Virus record (IMG/VR): IMGVR_UViG_3300029268_000010
Location: 26,516-90,515 of that record
Reading direction: 5' to 3' (one strand)
DNA from: a virus
Length of the DNA: 64,000 nucleotides
In this document: positions 34,301-40,543 of the stretch, in pieces
Numbering within the stretch: the first letter of the stretch is position 1
Layout of the letters: each line of letters begins with the position of its first letter
Position numbers and translations under genes: made by a program
Notes under the pieces: model-generated
Database searches by the model: none
Seen by the model: only the letters and a program-made list of their open reading frames with translations
What the model was told of the DNA's origin: nothing

Positions 34301-36445
34301 AAAACTATTGACGAGACAGGACAGGAATTTATGATGAAACCTGGTTTTATATATTGGACAAAGAATGATAATGAAGATCCATTATTTGCTTCGCTGGCCC
34401 GGGAAAATAATATTGATGATGATTTAATTGAAGCCGGCAGGCAAATCGTTGAATTTGTCCATAAGCAAATGGTAGAAAATGTAAAACATAGTAGGTTTAT
34501 GAATGGCAGATTCTATACAAAAGATGTTTATGGTAATCTGAATAATAAAAAATCATGGACACCTTATACCAATGAAGATGCAGAATATGACCTTATTCAT
34601 AATTCTAGTTACCGGAAAGGTATGATACCTGTTATGTATCAGACAGCGGGAGAAATGGCTTCAGAAATGACTTTTAAATCATTAAAAAAAGCGTGGAATA
34701 AAAAAGTAGTAAATATTACTGATACATTTAGTTTGCTTGACGAGAATCTTCATGATCGTAATATGAAAGAAGAACAATTGGCTACTCAATTACGTGATAC
34801 GTTTTTCTATCAGATAGGTCTTGACCAGATTGATACCAACAGTCATTACGGAAGTGAAGGAAGAATGAATTTGATGGGTATTCGTTATGATGAGAATGAA
34901 GATAGATATGTTGTTGATAATGCAAAACGTAATTCACAGTTAAGTCTTGATCTTGAAACTATAGTAAATTACTTTATGATTTCTAGTATTCGTAAAGTAG
35001 AATATGAATCGACTACTCTCCCGATAATGAACGCTATGAAATTATATCTCAAAGATGTAGAAAATAGTTCAGGAGAATCTACTAAAAGTGTTATTGATTA
35101 TATTGATTTGATGATATCGGGTTCTATTAAAGGAGAAAGGAAAAAAGTATCTGGCAAAATTCCTGGTACATCTTGGGAAATAGATCCTGTTACATCAATG
35201 TTACAAACATGTGGTGGTACTATTGCTTTGTTCGGCAATATTAACGTTGGTATGACGTCTGCAATGATTAATGGTTTGCTGGCTATGGTAGAAGGTATTG
35301 CTAATACCTGGGTTGATAGAGGAATGCCTAATGCTGCAGAAATGGCAAAAGCAACACGTTTATTCTTCAGTGACTTCCATAAAGTATCTCAACTAGCAAT
35401 GATGTATCAGACAGTACAAATGACTGATTACGATCTTGCTCAAAACAGATATAGAACAAAAAGTAAGAAACACGTATGGTCAGAATTTGTAGGCCATTGG
35501 TTTAACTGGGCATCGGATATGTTTGCCCGTTCAGTTATAATGACAGCACAAATGTTACATGACGGTACTTACGATGCTCATATTTATAATAAAGAAACTG
35601 GTCGTGTTGAATTTGATGAAAATCTTTGTAGTAGATTTGAAGGAGAAAAAGGTAAAGCGATAAGGAAAGTAGTAGCTGATGATCTTATTTTTAATGGAAG
35701 AATGAAAGCCGGTGATAAATTACCATTGGCATATCATTCTATAGAAACAAGAAAATTAAAAGAGATTGCTGATCAGTATATCATAGGTGCTTATGATGAT
35801 AAGGTAAGAGCAATGCTTGGACAGTATCTAATGGGAAGAATGTTTATGATGTTCCATCAATATGTTACTGTCAGAATGGAGAACGCTTGGTCAAAAGGTG
35901 CTTGGTTAAATGAAATGGGAAGATTTGTCGCAGTGAAGGATAAAAATGGAGAGTATGTTGCCGAGTGGCAGCGACTATGGGTAGAAGGATATACTACTAT
36001 GATTTTTAGGAAAACAGGAGAGTTAATAAATGCTGTTAGAACTAAGGATTTTGAAAAATTTAAAACATGGAATGATACAGATAAGTATAATCTATATAAA
36101 ACTCTTGCTATGGTATCTGTTTTTGTTATAGGAACATTATTGTATAATGGTCTTGTTGATAGGAAGGGTGACGATGATGATAAAAAGATGTTAGGCTTTA
36201 TTCCTAAATTAAATTTAATACCTGAATATAGATTATTAATGAATTGGAGATTTTCAACCAATGGTATATTTATAACTCCAAGTGTTATAGAAATGTTAGA
36301 TAGTCCATGGGTGGTTATAGACCTTGTAAACAGAGCTTTCTTTACAAGATATGGAGAATTAAAATTATCCAATGCTGTAAATCTTATTCCAATGAAAAGA
36401 TCTGTGGAATCCACAATAGAACCAATAACGGGAATTAATGAATAA
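16388..36445 (+). CDS. Giant (6685 aa) virion protein containing crAss-type RNA polymerase, SF1 helicase and two zincin motifs
   Basis: RNAP motifs DFIKRAAG..APG, LKPVY..YLK, SAYKSG, MPGQSYVQ, VRIPT and GSDYDID (29918-29932). Helicase GFGGAGKS (20708-20731), IDEASQ, LGDDTQ, TASSRA. HEAIH (24527-24541) and HEITH (32399-32413). Confidence 0.88.
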   Translation: MPIDETIKTEPVNINFRDKTFSNNLDFASRLLKGDDLGDIWHESNNYDAEPVLYSKESLAKKYPTVDPTKWDEIYPEIEAQYDLYKKGQFTAGQTNKFWLPITEGTSTAMRKYQQTSTPLLRPTIPTIAYTPFGEIPLMHDDEAATNVGMVMTKSGLWEPLSTDKPLNRMKRMYGDMINTPYTYWKESEDNEFINGDEIKLASWLGDRSLTSNFFGSHVRGTISGVMKFASGIGQLIDVAGDSYKSYDSQLNALQNFNKAFFTTNKDKFGGENKDILWTDRVGNNWTNWANQQTRQNNDEKEGYFNDLNAFIFGTFDGVGQMAPLIASSYLVGAGSRGLLGFSKASSLANKTSMVLGSVEAGGMFRQEMKKLGIPDTESAKWWAPFAVATYLSESIFRTNVVQNIWGRDMKNLVLPAIRQNLKEAAIKKGTSVNGLSNEVKAGIFKKAYNTFIKSPDSWLTKLASSKNVAVRGFAGGVEEGSEELVENAMDMGIAYTYNSLAFASALNTKSRFDGVTWTTGTDRAGVERYYRIEPTGAKKQIDEEKWQAEQDEYEFSNAVIKGEKNLSEEFGWTDAPAAFFSTFILLGMGKIVGVNKGQNEKRTIHKIAYDIAKNPSLKQKYMEVTQSHIPTGEFGYTHIDENGVTIKEEEKGTVLSQAQKNHDLFWQDVDLITNIIQEGEMTSPEFTAKMMGESTMILDAINLKVKLKSLAVDLQKVRANDPNVKNLTEEGILAEIDQKQKDYDYLTMSKTDYTLKYGTSKETEVIEEGMKKKKLPAKEGKTSWAYTERFLNFMEMDKYRDKFVEDLAAAKYQKLLKKVEKGEATQAEYDEKVNTFKAEKKTDLLKNGHKNGWSTFYAIYANPLLTGGMNAIDLFFNDSEEFKSNITERIAAINEEFKKYNQTDTTVLTDKLTELQNTLNTVLGSKGSHNIANFEKGKLETSDVKAITDSYQDLINSVHEVVNIARATPNLDAKVKSSITSLLGTFQTMSDEANNHLVGEFENYQTQNTKGLSPEAIAKKQAVLDNEGNIDSILKSFEAMDESIAIGTQNFANPINQINNFDELTSELQQKLKHEAFVAFINKIAGGTTLENYKKLAAEKVTVENPGVISALMQNSLNGLNRLNYFLTRLGIHIDTLEKNPDYVEHALTFGDEQLQISAEERDILKNIIRNKAIEVNDVKVWAESHVASKETSQFKEACMRLDHKRMVIEFAALQNQPSVSLVDIDDFLSKNGLTGKNGIQMIFDAFTDDSQTAKTEGKKGKAISLYEQLDKLVTIQLDNLCKDSKVVYDYILDNLKKPDFANNGYDFLNEFNSGTFIESELLKYGGTFSREEMEKKGTNPEKAQKWWLIVTMTARLHLFGQVQKDGKTRYTYSQARQAYRDVLKTKKQKKINDKVATIAQEDLITHMVMFSMTPNANTDYVKILSIAGNYIPGTLVVRGFGGAGKSTVVMSNTIETVATLRDKKVKVSVYSTNNALAKQHSDNLELLKQLGVVDYKSLLMPDLMNKVADSSIADDVDLVFIDEASQYGDQIYNELQNDILKDNKRPVIILGDDTQMIPEDNAKGGSTFFTGLPRMNMIGERTLPIVEVFRTGVEILYQLQSYLRTTKRLSTEQMDNIILPGALHTSDSNYGYKHRQNIDQVIEDFINTVKNDPGAVATDVLLIFLNYKDYTDAIVSGKYATQLQNYLPFIKFLTYDMLNPDLTVSGLSSKKVYFACDVFHDDRMDISDSDKRNVFIRSLLTASSRAVNFFEMVGPDFLYNPQELDWIPGMVNVSQDPIIKAAEDLAQQQIDRNKAITRLDNIVGPSTYKDIVNPPPVFSFNRNLDLQNEPEVLVKVQEEIERIKANVRDAKKVSATSFVNWSSTVNVENQARNKVFVAALRYNMSLDYGNFTEEQQNEFLKYLNDSAKEYSSLVGIDEAYRFAKSVLNSLYFTNELTSLMSNPLTLINPVISFGDIQGMPAMVKIVGTHEVNGKIVPIVDIIDFWFTKSAVKGYETQQVEKMAAYAALLTANGYHINKTVLYNVVETTVNGRNDATYGGTFVLNEDELSKSIITMTGPSKMNIASSIPFNDKTILVSEEEYMENERVIIDDKNTKYAVGNRFYSPKDNIVYRVDSLTQTGVKTPKIAVWMKNNKNDNVEKFTYRQTENFLPYDPQNPPLWKSSAVRFKNEGTFYSSNAHTLVLGFQGWGVDPLEKLLPTYRKGYWDIKDVFGDIHNPFLSIKNDISATIDDRSKNYIMRVYQNLPFLQIDTDGNILPIIGNTGYAVTVELNDKQIDKLIKNLPILKKYGINDIDTFKRYGFHIIGSLGKPDINFKNSDGTRNYVSDVDIDAFIKGTKTTEEIFKNAFAGDPDAELRKLNIEYNTELLNNIRVGMQNNGIVSTNVTMKNRELNVSFSNNNKSYKDFEEQMDFQGLTVEGKPKAEQQAGKTHFYVTVNRGKQQENVSIQFDSREVDSAYILGTIMKNYDDNKLIIKEVLDRIEELMKEEAPKNSTKEEIEIFEEKKLKDAGSNASQLWKTLRTTEFYQFLMHNKSVLKKNSEFDNYMNIGKKITFKGQSTEYKMKNISRTLERIREMAEKNSVKFYMTAFDLDKTTGEKIVRTENLVTKVSSISQREFHVSVPKNIKSKPAPASTFAPFKRIDGEFTDDDLIEESLMRAELYNLIGNLVDTKLFVDPNGFVLSNDGVNLWGAVRDGLIEISTVRGRVHKAVGRHEAIHFILHYMVRPEMREKIIADARNQMVRKGYKDLSYIGVHEYIASLFETKPIRKATTILEEYLRKFVMWVTRVAQQWGLYNNHLNAFMYSARSGYYRDQPAMNQSDGYTFEMRPNNYYNSLDMKELVDNVFPGDAKRMATIFKLIPDWKNFSSFGRNLKHYNLTYGMQLLAMRTLYRELDESLPTNVTVRVREITNEETQQTGKLYNYFEGNVNDMSPNVLSIAVVNRRESEMNDNAIERYIINRFAQQPEVMYSLMQDLFENIDVERAINLTFSDSKNSPTGNKGTNVIKRDNELFDPMTSQSPMLRKILSSLTYYSHKTGERQHKFIREATLQYILIDTVATLKQKGTNPTIAEIIKSMRGELTKKSVNTEHKNIIYSFLHEFGEENNGYEVEDIITRDNEELKTSFADWGMVYFIEHAEDLKQAFPDMKERINDKVYEARAMLNGIVSYYQSLQTLAAIKGTVNKDGSIDFEEFGKNLENVVKADLRKIMRDSVLTSDKSTIAKRISETFIGPKRRYVFHKSTGKNPVMGLYEVSTDRLIISTSTWRIAAVDYNAISEFLGLSKRLSDSEVLGTVNNQTLGQQFFYMVAGLAVSSAISTSADLAFKDVDENKLLLVDDKGVIIPNKDYIREIETQVNSKLGVDDKGKKITYMNFPELKELLDTYYKDNGFQAEDIKKIEVGENIINLKMKLYIPDQIFTFFKEIAKGLIYEGRYDNNRMIMNVDDEPVYIHIYSSLFAELWNSGSSQTVANIQTRIKTEDTKGSPLYSIEKDKKGKTTIVYNNAALNGKLGWEPYARNFGLEKVFKASQFKNMTIKDVLSYMIELTDDYMSNKTTSDTYPVMFETFSDKNFSPILPTYAMDQGNKIKLFKIEYNDELGKFQYIVDETHMVSIIDDIVRYYDRVRKLANKDIMREFKMSTAEFNNYISTISPNSSAGMDVRFRLEENVHFVIKGNTFLPGRAFASDNVYNEAFSQKWNAETEGGKYNLIRKAHHDQFLNFGKLINESGYVLPKQILSKFSHFGIYQQEVDEETGETLNITLAQLYAERKSTLKKLDLQIKEEQNPDVKNTLIIKHSTEKIRYNELIKTFNEGIAEKNFMMPSVKKSILHGETSIEGEWHPFLETMYWMFHMMNETISPLYRGPSIYYQDITDFIKRAAGDNAPGTTMVAQDGNGIGSKMNFIAFNDIPGFNELFDEKTDPYHDLHTNGFVPANPVSYKMMQHSSGDAIGNIYQGALKPVYKYYDPIKNKEVYLKMAMMPITFSQFKNHIYYQTLMRTFLGEKYWNEYNERLFENKESYSAAVEEMAKKAWEFNPDGSTNREKMVDFAVHRSAYKSGVTKLKNYTTDVNGNVIANPTFNSSENKQEVFTEHFRIQTITRQETIDTQKTLPTQILSALGALDHNQKLITRINAALSGFATLVNDEVSKTLGNDIEHSKARIALLSKIGKRNIGISTQATKYGKLMTTLGIHPDVLQNKHVNNIISYINDYIKPSMPGQSYVQLPHIGNIFRNKKTGQLFLAQDIGLGNDSVIHPEYDNIKLKPGTYLWNDGTNWNEFTHDRDQLGNITKTAYDKFKELAEANPNSIKYRPADVVMPFQYMNKFGLTKDMTLQQAMTLGPKEKISMYETGVKAERRTVTDTFNFLNELYLNYNAFEIRDSLPAAIKEELKKRLDENSVLKGKIKERHLDKVTKEVEKRFFLQEADSNNAELVKKNTGEKMLAIQNKLDHLLLSDINATLTEMAKYYTSFNDALDVYLVRIPTTNASLASLGRIVAFENDLDNAILISSEKNILDGSDYDIDQLSVYFRAVDKYGTVNTSDPDKVMDDKNALFKAYQNMIFDSVQEYYHNIKNHPMVLGKIDLTNIKNKAKVVTDATEMHNADISTTLVANVVNFLGGAMVGYFANQMNFTFKLLHVPLITQRDSNGKVVRRGRTDQSTETKMFDLSLGAIFDESQIPGMADFINNLVNASTDNAKLAGAIGKLNANQATAGVVNGATLVGLTVEEKLKGLTIEDKVLAIINDPIIKEASAVVLNSMAVTTKGGRKFMWNVLKAKLKKGEQKYTVEEIAKINDYIKFAYIGEQVRRFGDIVKIQQEFDVNPEDFIRQKNNIEKALGMSMGDFLAKIKTIRLDGYSVNDQMNWLKKSFPNSFNASTSGKSNIENELQMRSMINIPMVVAQMPNLVSYVQAAYNIDNFLSQTFTVYKDQTVLNNLLRLTGRDILTFDNEIKTFYDEYKKYVEGLFISEKYNNVNMSIKDVEQHIFNLGNVKERTHFALLIPYFVQELKKDDMYKRNEFVNNLDIINLKGTPFNYIGFPNTIEMDDYRKTQFSNDFEKLPRDIQRIFRAYQIITYGFKYKMGSYNEVTDIENELMFSEWIDKKNMNDIIKDPINIVRELTSKNAVLVNTSIEHRSNNNIVYYRWNFDPEETPQIMENDFPLSSPYPRFMNSYTGKVTAMNNPVTRNVNVDELIELDENGIEKKTRIRSHYSNGIIRRATYNNMIENQEIIKSHYLIEGNHEAHPERYAITTDGTLVKVFKDSYTSWSMQKLAGVSTKVNPSVPLSAVNSKSSIDVINYIVDKIRLAFPNVTIEYVDNSTTEYSEYISYVKNGVVYLNSDKINNDTALHEITHIFLDTLKYTNFELYNVLRNKVIDLIQTNDAVVLAMMENEHYANMNDEMFIDEVISNIVGFNTYEKAIGTLLNQGVKNAQEAKNFVEKFIDSINDFWNWAKRLVLRLFAVKLSNNILSKITPNSTIREISEAIARELLAGNTISYITSNKLANLNSAVRPSVSLATSVSDIAENLINVKNLKEYEDFDFGEKIKYFRRKLKIYKGILPAKYLGIAVDFNKIDVNQWDDEIGKIIKEYDTKVPKLVDNLLILLGKEKGSVSKSIDIFGKNKNGDALYKEDVLDRFLHQIAYSPATKYMRFSSLANDPQFSHLYDERFKGFDPIIGIESVGDQLVLSIFDITNEQIYNPAIGSEDKNILSKFITDKEARRNSITMSNTKGDVRSLMIGLLTNHLKKSFSGVRIFHSGVIQLTPGYSIMNVVFNNDLAMNMLNIGKQGKFMNSITDPYIREMFLKDNIYIAEQDYEDSLINFYNNFKDIYYKNGLQEFRESKVSPVDISEKVRILNYRLSELIKKSNLTYIDNRELYLLMKTILDYNKLKITDWQFNIGNDIDTMQKMLKPQFNISNENIQVIYNKMMETSYRIVDRIMKDYKEDFNVLLVKLIQKFESTNGKIEGFTHDVVAKIFGKMWVEVKTIDETGQEFMMKPGFIYWTKNDNEDPLFASLARENNIDDDLIEAGRQIVEFVHKQMVENVKHSRFMNGRFYTKDVYGNLNNKKSWTPYTNEDAEYDLIHNSSYRKGMIPVMYQTAGEMASEMTFKSLKKAWNKKVVNITDTFSLLDENLHDRNMKEEQLATQLRDTFFYQIGLDQIDTNSHYGSEGRMNLMGIRYDENEDRYVVDNAKRNSQLSLDLETIVNYFMISSIRKVEYESTTLPIMNAMKLYLKDVENSSGESTKSVIDYIDLMISGSIKGERKKVSGKIPGTSWEIDPVTSMLQTCGGTIALFGNINVGMTSAMINGLLAMVEGIANTWVDRGMPNAAEMAKATRLFFSDFHKVSQLAMMYQTVQMTDYDLAQNRYRTKSKKHVWSEFVGHWFNWASDMFARSVIMTAQMLHDGTYDAHIYNKETGRVEFDENLCSRFEGEKGKAIRKVVADDLIFNGRMKAGDKLPLAYHSIETRKLKEIADQYIIGAYDDKVRAMLGQYLMGRMFMMFHQYVTVRMENAWSKGAWLNEMGRFVAVKDKNGEYVAEWQRLWVEGYTTMIFRKTGELINAVRTKDFEKFKTWNDTDKYNLYKTLAMVSVFVIGTLLYNGLVDRKGDDDDKKMLGFIPKLNLIPEYRLLMNWRFSTNGIFITPSVIEMLDSPWVVIDLVNRAFFTRYGELKLSNAVNLIPMKRSVESTIEPITGINE

Positions 36446-36464
36446 TTATAAAAAATAAATCACT

Positions 36465-37577
36465 ATGGCAGTAAGTTTTTTAATGACAACGGATAAGGAC
36501 CTCAATTGTGGTTATATCCATATTGCAGATGCTACCGTTTACAGTTCTGCATTTCCTGACCGCGAAGAAGATTATGCCCGGGCGTGGTGGGTCTTTGAAG
36601 ATGGTGCTTTCTATGATGCCAACCTTTCCAATGAAAACGATTGGGATGTTTCAGTGTCAAATAATCACACTTATACTATCTATGGGTTTCTTGTCGCTGT
36701 ATGGATTGCAGGAACATATGCCGACGGATGCATAGTATATTATGGTGGTTCTTTCTATGTTAATGATACCGGAGCTCCGATAGGACCAGGAGAGATACCC
36801 GGAGTATCAGGTAATGGATGGACTGTTTTAACCGATACGTCAGGGGATTTTAATGACTTCTATAATAGCGGATGTGTCCAGATGGAAGATGCAACTGAAA
36901 TTATAGATTGTCCTGACTATACCCTTCAGAAACAGTCTTGTTATGTTCACAGGCTTTGTGACAATTCCGGATCGGCATTGATAAAGCAAGTTACCATCAT
37001 GGACTATGAAGGAACGGTTATAGATACAGTATATATTGATCCTGCGACAGCTACCTGTTATGATATTGACATTACGGCAAGCGGTGATGGTGTATATCCT
37101 ATACAGATTCAGACAGGAAATATGATCTCCGGGGAGTTTGTCTCCGATGGAACCGATTCTTCATGGATGGTGATTTATGAATATTGTGCCTATGAAAACT
37201 GTACGTGGTTTACTATTGACAAGATTCTTTGCTCCAGTGACCCCTGCGCTGAGATCTGCGACCCTTGTAATCCTAATACGGTAAATCAGCAGACCAAAGA
37301 CAGACAGACCTTAAATCAGCTTATAGCCACTTTTGGAAGTGTCATGGCAATGATCCACGTAGAACGTATAAGATATCTTGGTATCTTTGACTGGAATACA
37401 AGCAGATCGACTTATGTTACCAAAATAGGTATGATGCTCAGAAAAGTAAAAGAACTTGCTGTAAGATGCGGTTTATGTTATGGACAGACGGTAAATAACC
37501 CGAATGCCAACAATGTAACATTTACTGCAGTCATTACCCAGGGAACAGGAACAAGCACTTGCACAGATTGTCAGTAA
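36465..37577 (+). CDS. Cys-rich putative virion/tail protein with CBM5/12-like insert
   Basis: W..GTY..G.IVYYGG.FY....PG..PG....W pattern. Many Cys. Late-arm position. Confidence 0.5.
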   Translation: MAVSFLMTTDKDLNCGYIHIADATVYSSAFPDREEDYARAWWVFEDGAFYDANLSNENDWDVSVSNNHTYTIYGFLVAVWIAGTYADGCIVYYGGSFYVNDTGAPIGPGEIPGVSGNGWTVLTDTSGDFNDFYNSGCVQMEDATEIIDCPDYTLQKQSCYVHRLCDNSGSALIKQVTIMDYEGTVIDTVYIDPATATCYDIDITASGDGVYPIQIQTGNMISGEFVSDGTDSSWMVIYEYCAYENCTWFTIDKILCSSDPCAEICDPCNPNTVNQQTKDRQTLNQLIATFGSVMAMIHVERIRYLGIFDWNTSRSTYVTKIGMMLRKVKELAVRCGLCYGQTVNNPNANNVTFTAVITQGTGTSTCTDCQ

Positions 37578-37578
37578 T

Positions 37579-38061
37579 ATGGATCCGTTTCTTCCGATAA
37601 CCGATTGTTGCGGTCTTTATAAGACTGACATACAGGAAAAAGTTGCATCTTACTATGAAGCTGCATCCAATATTATCTTTGGATATACTGATAAGGCATT
37701 TGCTACTGCCATCTATGGTAGAAATGCTGAAATGTGGTACAATAGGATAAATGATATTCATTACCTTGTAATTCTTCTCTATATCATCAATAGTAGAAGG
37801 GAGTTATATTATACCCTCAATGGAGAAGATCAGGGATTAGAATGGATATATACCACCTACAGACTGGATTGTATCAAAAGAACATTCATATGCAAAGGAA
37901 TAGATATTCTTCCTTTACTTGTAGTATGGAATCTTGCTCCTTATCCAACTGGTGTTGCTGCTATCACAGGAACCGGAAGTTGTCCTCCTATGCCTGACGG
38001 AATTGACAACATGCATATTGAATCAGGCCCTACTTGCGAAAACTTATTTATCGTTCAATAA
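37579..38061 (+). CDS. Putative virion structural protein
   Basis: 160-aa ORF ending in a GI..M.IE...F.V pattern. Lies in the late operon. Confidence 0.5.
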   Translation: MDPFLPITDCCGLYKTDIQEKVASYYEAASNIIFGYTDKAFATAIYGRNAEMWYNRINDIHYLVILLYIINSRRELYYTLNGEDQGLEWIYTTYRLDCIKRTFICKGIDILPLLVVWNLAPYPTGVAAITGTGSCPPMPDGIDNMHIESGPTCENLFIVQ

Positions 38062-38077
38062 TTAAAACACAAATACT

Positions 38078-40180
38078 ATGGCACTCACTCGTTATTTAAG
38101 AAGTATATTTTTCGGTCCTGATGGCCCGACGGGAGACAAATTCTCAAAGCAGAACAAACCCACAAAACAAAGGTTCAAAGAACTCTTTGAAAGTATAGGA
38201 TTCATTAAAGAAACTGATGATAGGGCAAAGACCACCGAACAAGGGTTTACCCATCTGGCAACAGACAATGAAGCTCATACCTATACACCTGTTCCCAATC
38301 CTACGACACAAACACAGTCAAAGGTAGTAGAGCCACATCAACTTCCACAGGTAGGAGCTAATATCAGTGGTGCAGGAGACACTATTGTATCTTCAGATGT
38401 TAATGCTACACGAAGGATAACAGTCAAGAAGTACAAGAGGACTATTAACTTTGGTCGTTTCAGGACATTCTTCAAGATAGAAAATATCATGGGATTCCGT
38501 TCTGCTAATGCTAACCTTACAATTACAGATCCTGATCCTTTGGATGCCAGTAAAGTTCTTTTTACCTGTAATTGCAATCCAGTGACTCCTGGGCCCGTAG
38601 GTCCGGCGGGTGACGATGCCGTAATGGGTACGGCTTCAAAAAACGCTATTGTCCTTCGCGCTAATGCTGCCGGTATTGTTCCTGCTTCAGAATTTCTGAC
38701 AGGATATATTGATTTGAAAGTAATGGAAGGAGATACAATACAGAACCTTACAACATTTACAGCTATTACCATTTCTCCGGCAACTAATCCTGCTTCGATA
38801 GGATATGTATCAAGTTATCCTACTGCTGGAACATTCAGGATAAGAATCAATGCTATGCCAGCCGGTGTTGATAGTGGTGTTTTAACTGTAACATTTGATG
38901 TTGATGGAGATCCTTTACATATCGTTACTCAGCATGTATCTGTTTTGAAGATTAAAGAAGGATTAGGTTTGGTATTCTTAGGAACTGCTGCAGTACATCC
39001 TGTTGCTGCTACACACAATCAGTGGTATACAAATACAGTAAATAATACTTCTTATTGGTTTGATGATGCCGACGGTGATGGCATAGGTACATGGAGGGTT
39101 CTTTCTCCCGGTGGTGCTTCTGAAGGACCATCGTTAACGCATACTATTCCTGCGGCTGGATATACTTATAATCTTACTGCTGTTTCTGCGCCAATACATA
39201 TCATACGAGGAACAACTACATTGACAGGTGCAGTAAATTTCACACATTCCGGAGCTTTTCCTGATGGATGGAAATTCACTTTCATATTCCTTTCTGAGAT
39301 AGATACTGACGGCAATGAATTTAATGTTCTCGGAACAAAGATGTACCCTTCTGAAATAAAGAATGGACCTTCTGAGACATTTAACAGTAATGCTATTCTT
39401 ACAGCTATGTATGATGGAACTGCAGCTGACTTTATGGTGACTATCAACAATCGTCCTATGAATAAAGAGTGGGCAGATCTTGAAGGATTTGGTCATTATG
39501 CATTAGGTGTTGCCAAGCCTAAAGTAAGATATGAAGGAAATAGGTTTTATCTTAATGGACTTGTTATAGTTCCTCTTTCCGATGGTGGTGCAGGCGTTGT
39601 TGAATATACTAATGAAAAAGCTTATGCACAGACTCTTGAAATAGCTCCTTTTGTACATGCTGCAGCCGGCGACGAAGGAATAATACTGAATGGTGTCGAT
39701 CAAAGTCTTACCTTTAATGAAGCTGATCCTGTATTTCCTGACGAAGCTCTTCTTCCGGATAAAATATATTATCAGGATGCAGTTATGCTCCGAAGGGTAC
39801 TGTCAAACACTGCAGATTATTATATTACATATACATCATATGTAAGGGTAGAAATAAATCTTTCAGGACAACTGACAATACGAACAGTAAGAGAAACGGA
39901 ATATCCTACTTCCATTGGTGGCGTCCAAGATCTTTCTGGCAACTGCATGTTACGGTTTATAACATCTCATGCAGAACGCGGCGATCTTGTCTATGATTTC
40001 AGGAATACCAGTCATGGAACATTACATGGAACTCATGGTCTTGTTTCCGGTGATGATACCGGTCTTGATCCTGACGTTGATCCTACTATAGCACATGCAG
40101 TAAGTCTTGATGCTGCAGCGGCTACTGATGTAGGCGGATTCTTTTTTATGCTTAATATATCAGGATTTATCGCCAAGTAA
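38078..40180 (+). CDS. Putative tail fibre/spike protein
   Basis: N-terminal F....KPT...F..L..S anchor-like motif, short collagen-like GPVGPAG, Gly/Thr/Ala-rich beta-strand domains. Last gene of the late arm. Confidence 0.65.
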   Translation: MALTRYLRSIFFGPDGPTGDKFSKQNKPTKQRFKELFESIGFIKETDDRAKTTEQGFTHLATDNEAHTYTPVPNPTTQTQSKVVEPHQLPQVGANISGAGDTIVSSDVNATRRITVKKYKRTINFGRFRTFFKIENIMGFRSANANLTITDPDPLDASKVLFTCNCNPVTPGPVGPAGDDAVMGTASKNAIVLRANAAGIVPASEFLTGYIDLKVMEGDTIQNLTTFTAITISPATNPASIGYVSSYPTAGTFRIRINAMPAGVDSGVLTVTFDVDGDPLHIVTQHVSVLKIKEGLGLVFLGTAAVHPVAATHNQWYTNTVNNTSYWFDDADGDGIGTWRVLSPGGASEGPSLTHTIPAAGYTYNLTAVSAPIHIIRGTTTLTGAVNFTHSGAFPDGWKFTFIFLSEIDTDGNEFNVLGTKMYPSEIKNGPSETFNSNAILTAMYDGTAADFMVTINNRPMNKEWADLEGFGHYALGVAKPKVRYEGNRFYLNGLVIVPLSDGGAGVVEYTNEKAYAQTLEIAPFVHAAAGDEGIILNGVDQSLTFNEADPVFPDEALLPDKIYYQDAVMLRRVLSNTADYYITYTSYVRVEINLSGQLTIRTVRETEYPTSIGGVQDLSGNCMLRFITSHAERGDLVYDFRNTSHGTLHGTHGLVSGDDTGLDPDVDPTIAHAVSLDAAAATDVGGFFFMLNISGFIAK

Positions 40181-40194
40181 ACCAGACACCAAGT

Positions 40195-40235
40195 AAAAAA
40201 AAGGGAGAGTCAAACTAACGGACTTTCCCTTTTTT
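40195..40235. terminator. Bidirectional rho-independent terminator between the convergent arms
   Basis: AAAAAAAAGGGAGAGTC-aaactaacg-GACTTTCCCTTTTTT: a stem with A-tract and T-tract flanks, lying between the stops at 40180 (+) and 40268 (-). Confidence 0.88.
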
Positions 40236-40267
40236 CATGAGCAACGTACACAAAAATGCAGTCAAAA

Positions 40268-40543
40268 TTAAAATTTTATTTCAAGTGAATCGAATAATGT
40301 CTCCATTTTTCTTTCATCAATAAAGACTCTTTTCTCCGATCTGAACCTATTTAGATTGTCTACAATAGTCATTTCAGTAAGTTCATATATTTCTATTCCT
40401 TTTGCTTCTTTTGGAATAACATAGAACTGCAGTCCGTTATTGATATGGATGTCATTTGTATCAGGATTGAAGAGATAGATATCATTATCATCCATAGGAC
40501 GAACATTCGCTGGCATTTTAGGTATTGATTTAAGATATCCCAT
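40268..40543 (-). CDS. Hypothetical protein
   Basis: 91-aa ORF in the coupled minus-strand array. Confidence 0.6.
   Translation of the reverse strand: MGYLKSIPKMPANVRPMDDNDIYLFNPDTNDIHINNGLQFYVIPKEAKGIEIYELTEMTIVDNLNRFRSEKRVFIDERKMETLFDSLEIKF

Noticed and set aside
35857-36414. 185-aa antisense ORF and the many other short antisense or alternate-frame ORFs in the track
   Set aside because: They are fully nested in well-supported genes, carry no motifs, and have the composition expected of shadow ORFs.
16388-36445. Inteins or self-splicing introns in the giant gene
   Set aside because: No frame interruptions, and no intein splice-junction or LAGLIDADG motifs were recognised by eye. A profile search would be needed to exclude them fully.
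38078-40180. Diversity-generating retroelement target in the tail fibre
   Set aside because: No reverse transcriptase and no TR/VR repeat pair seen in the window.
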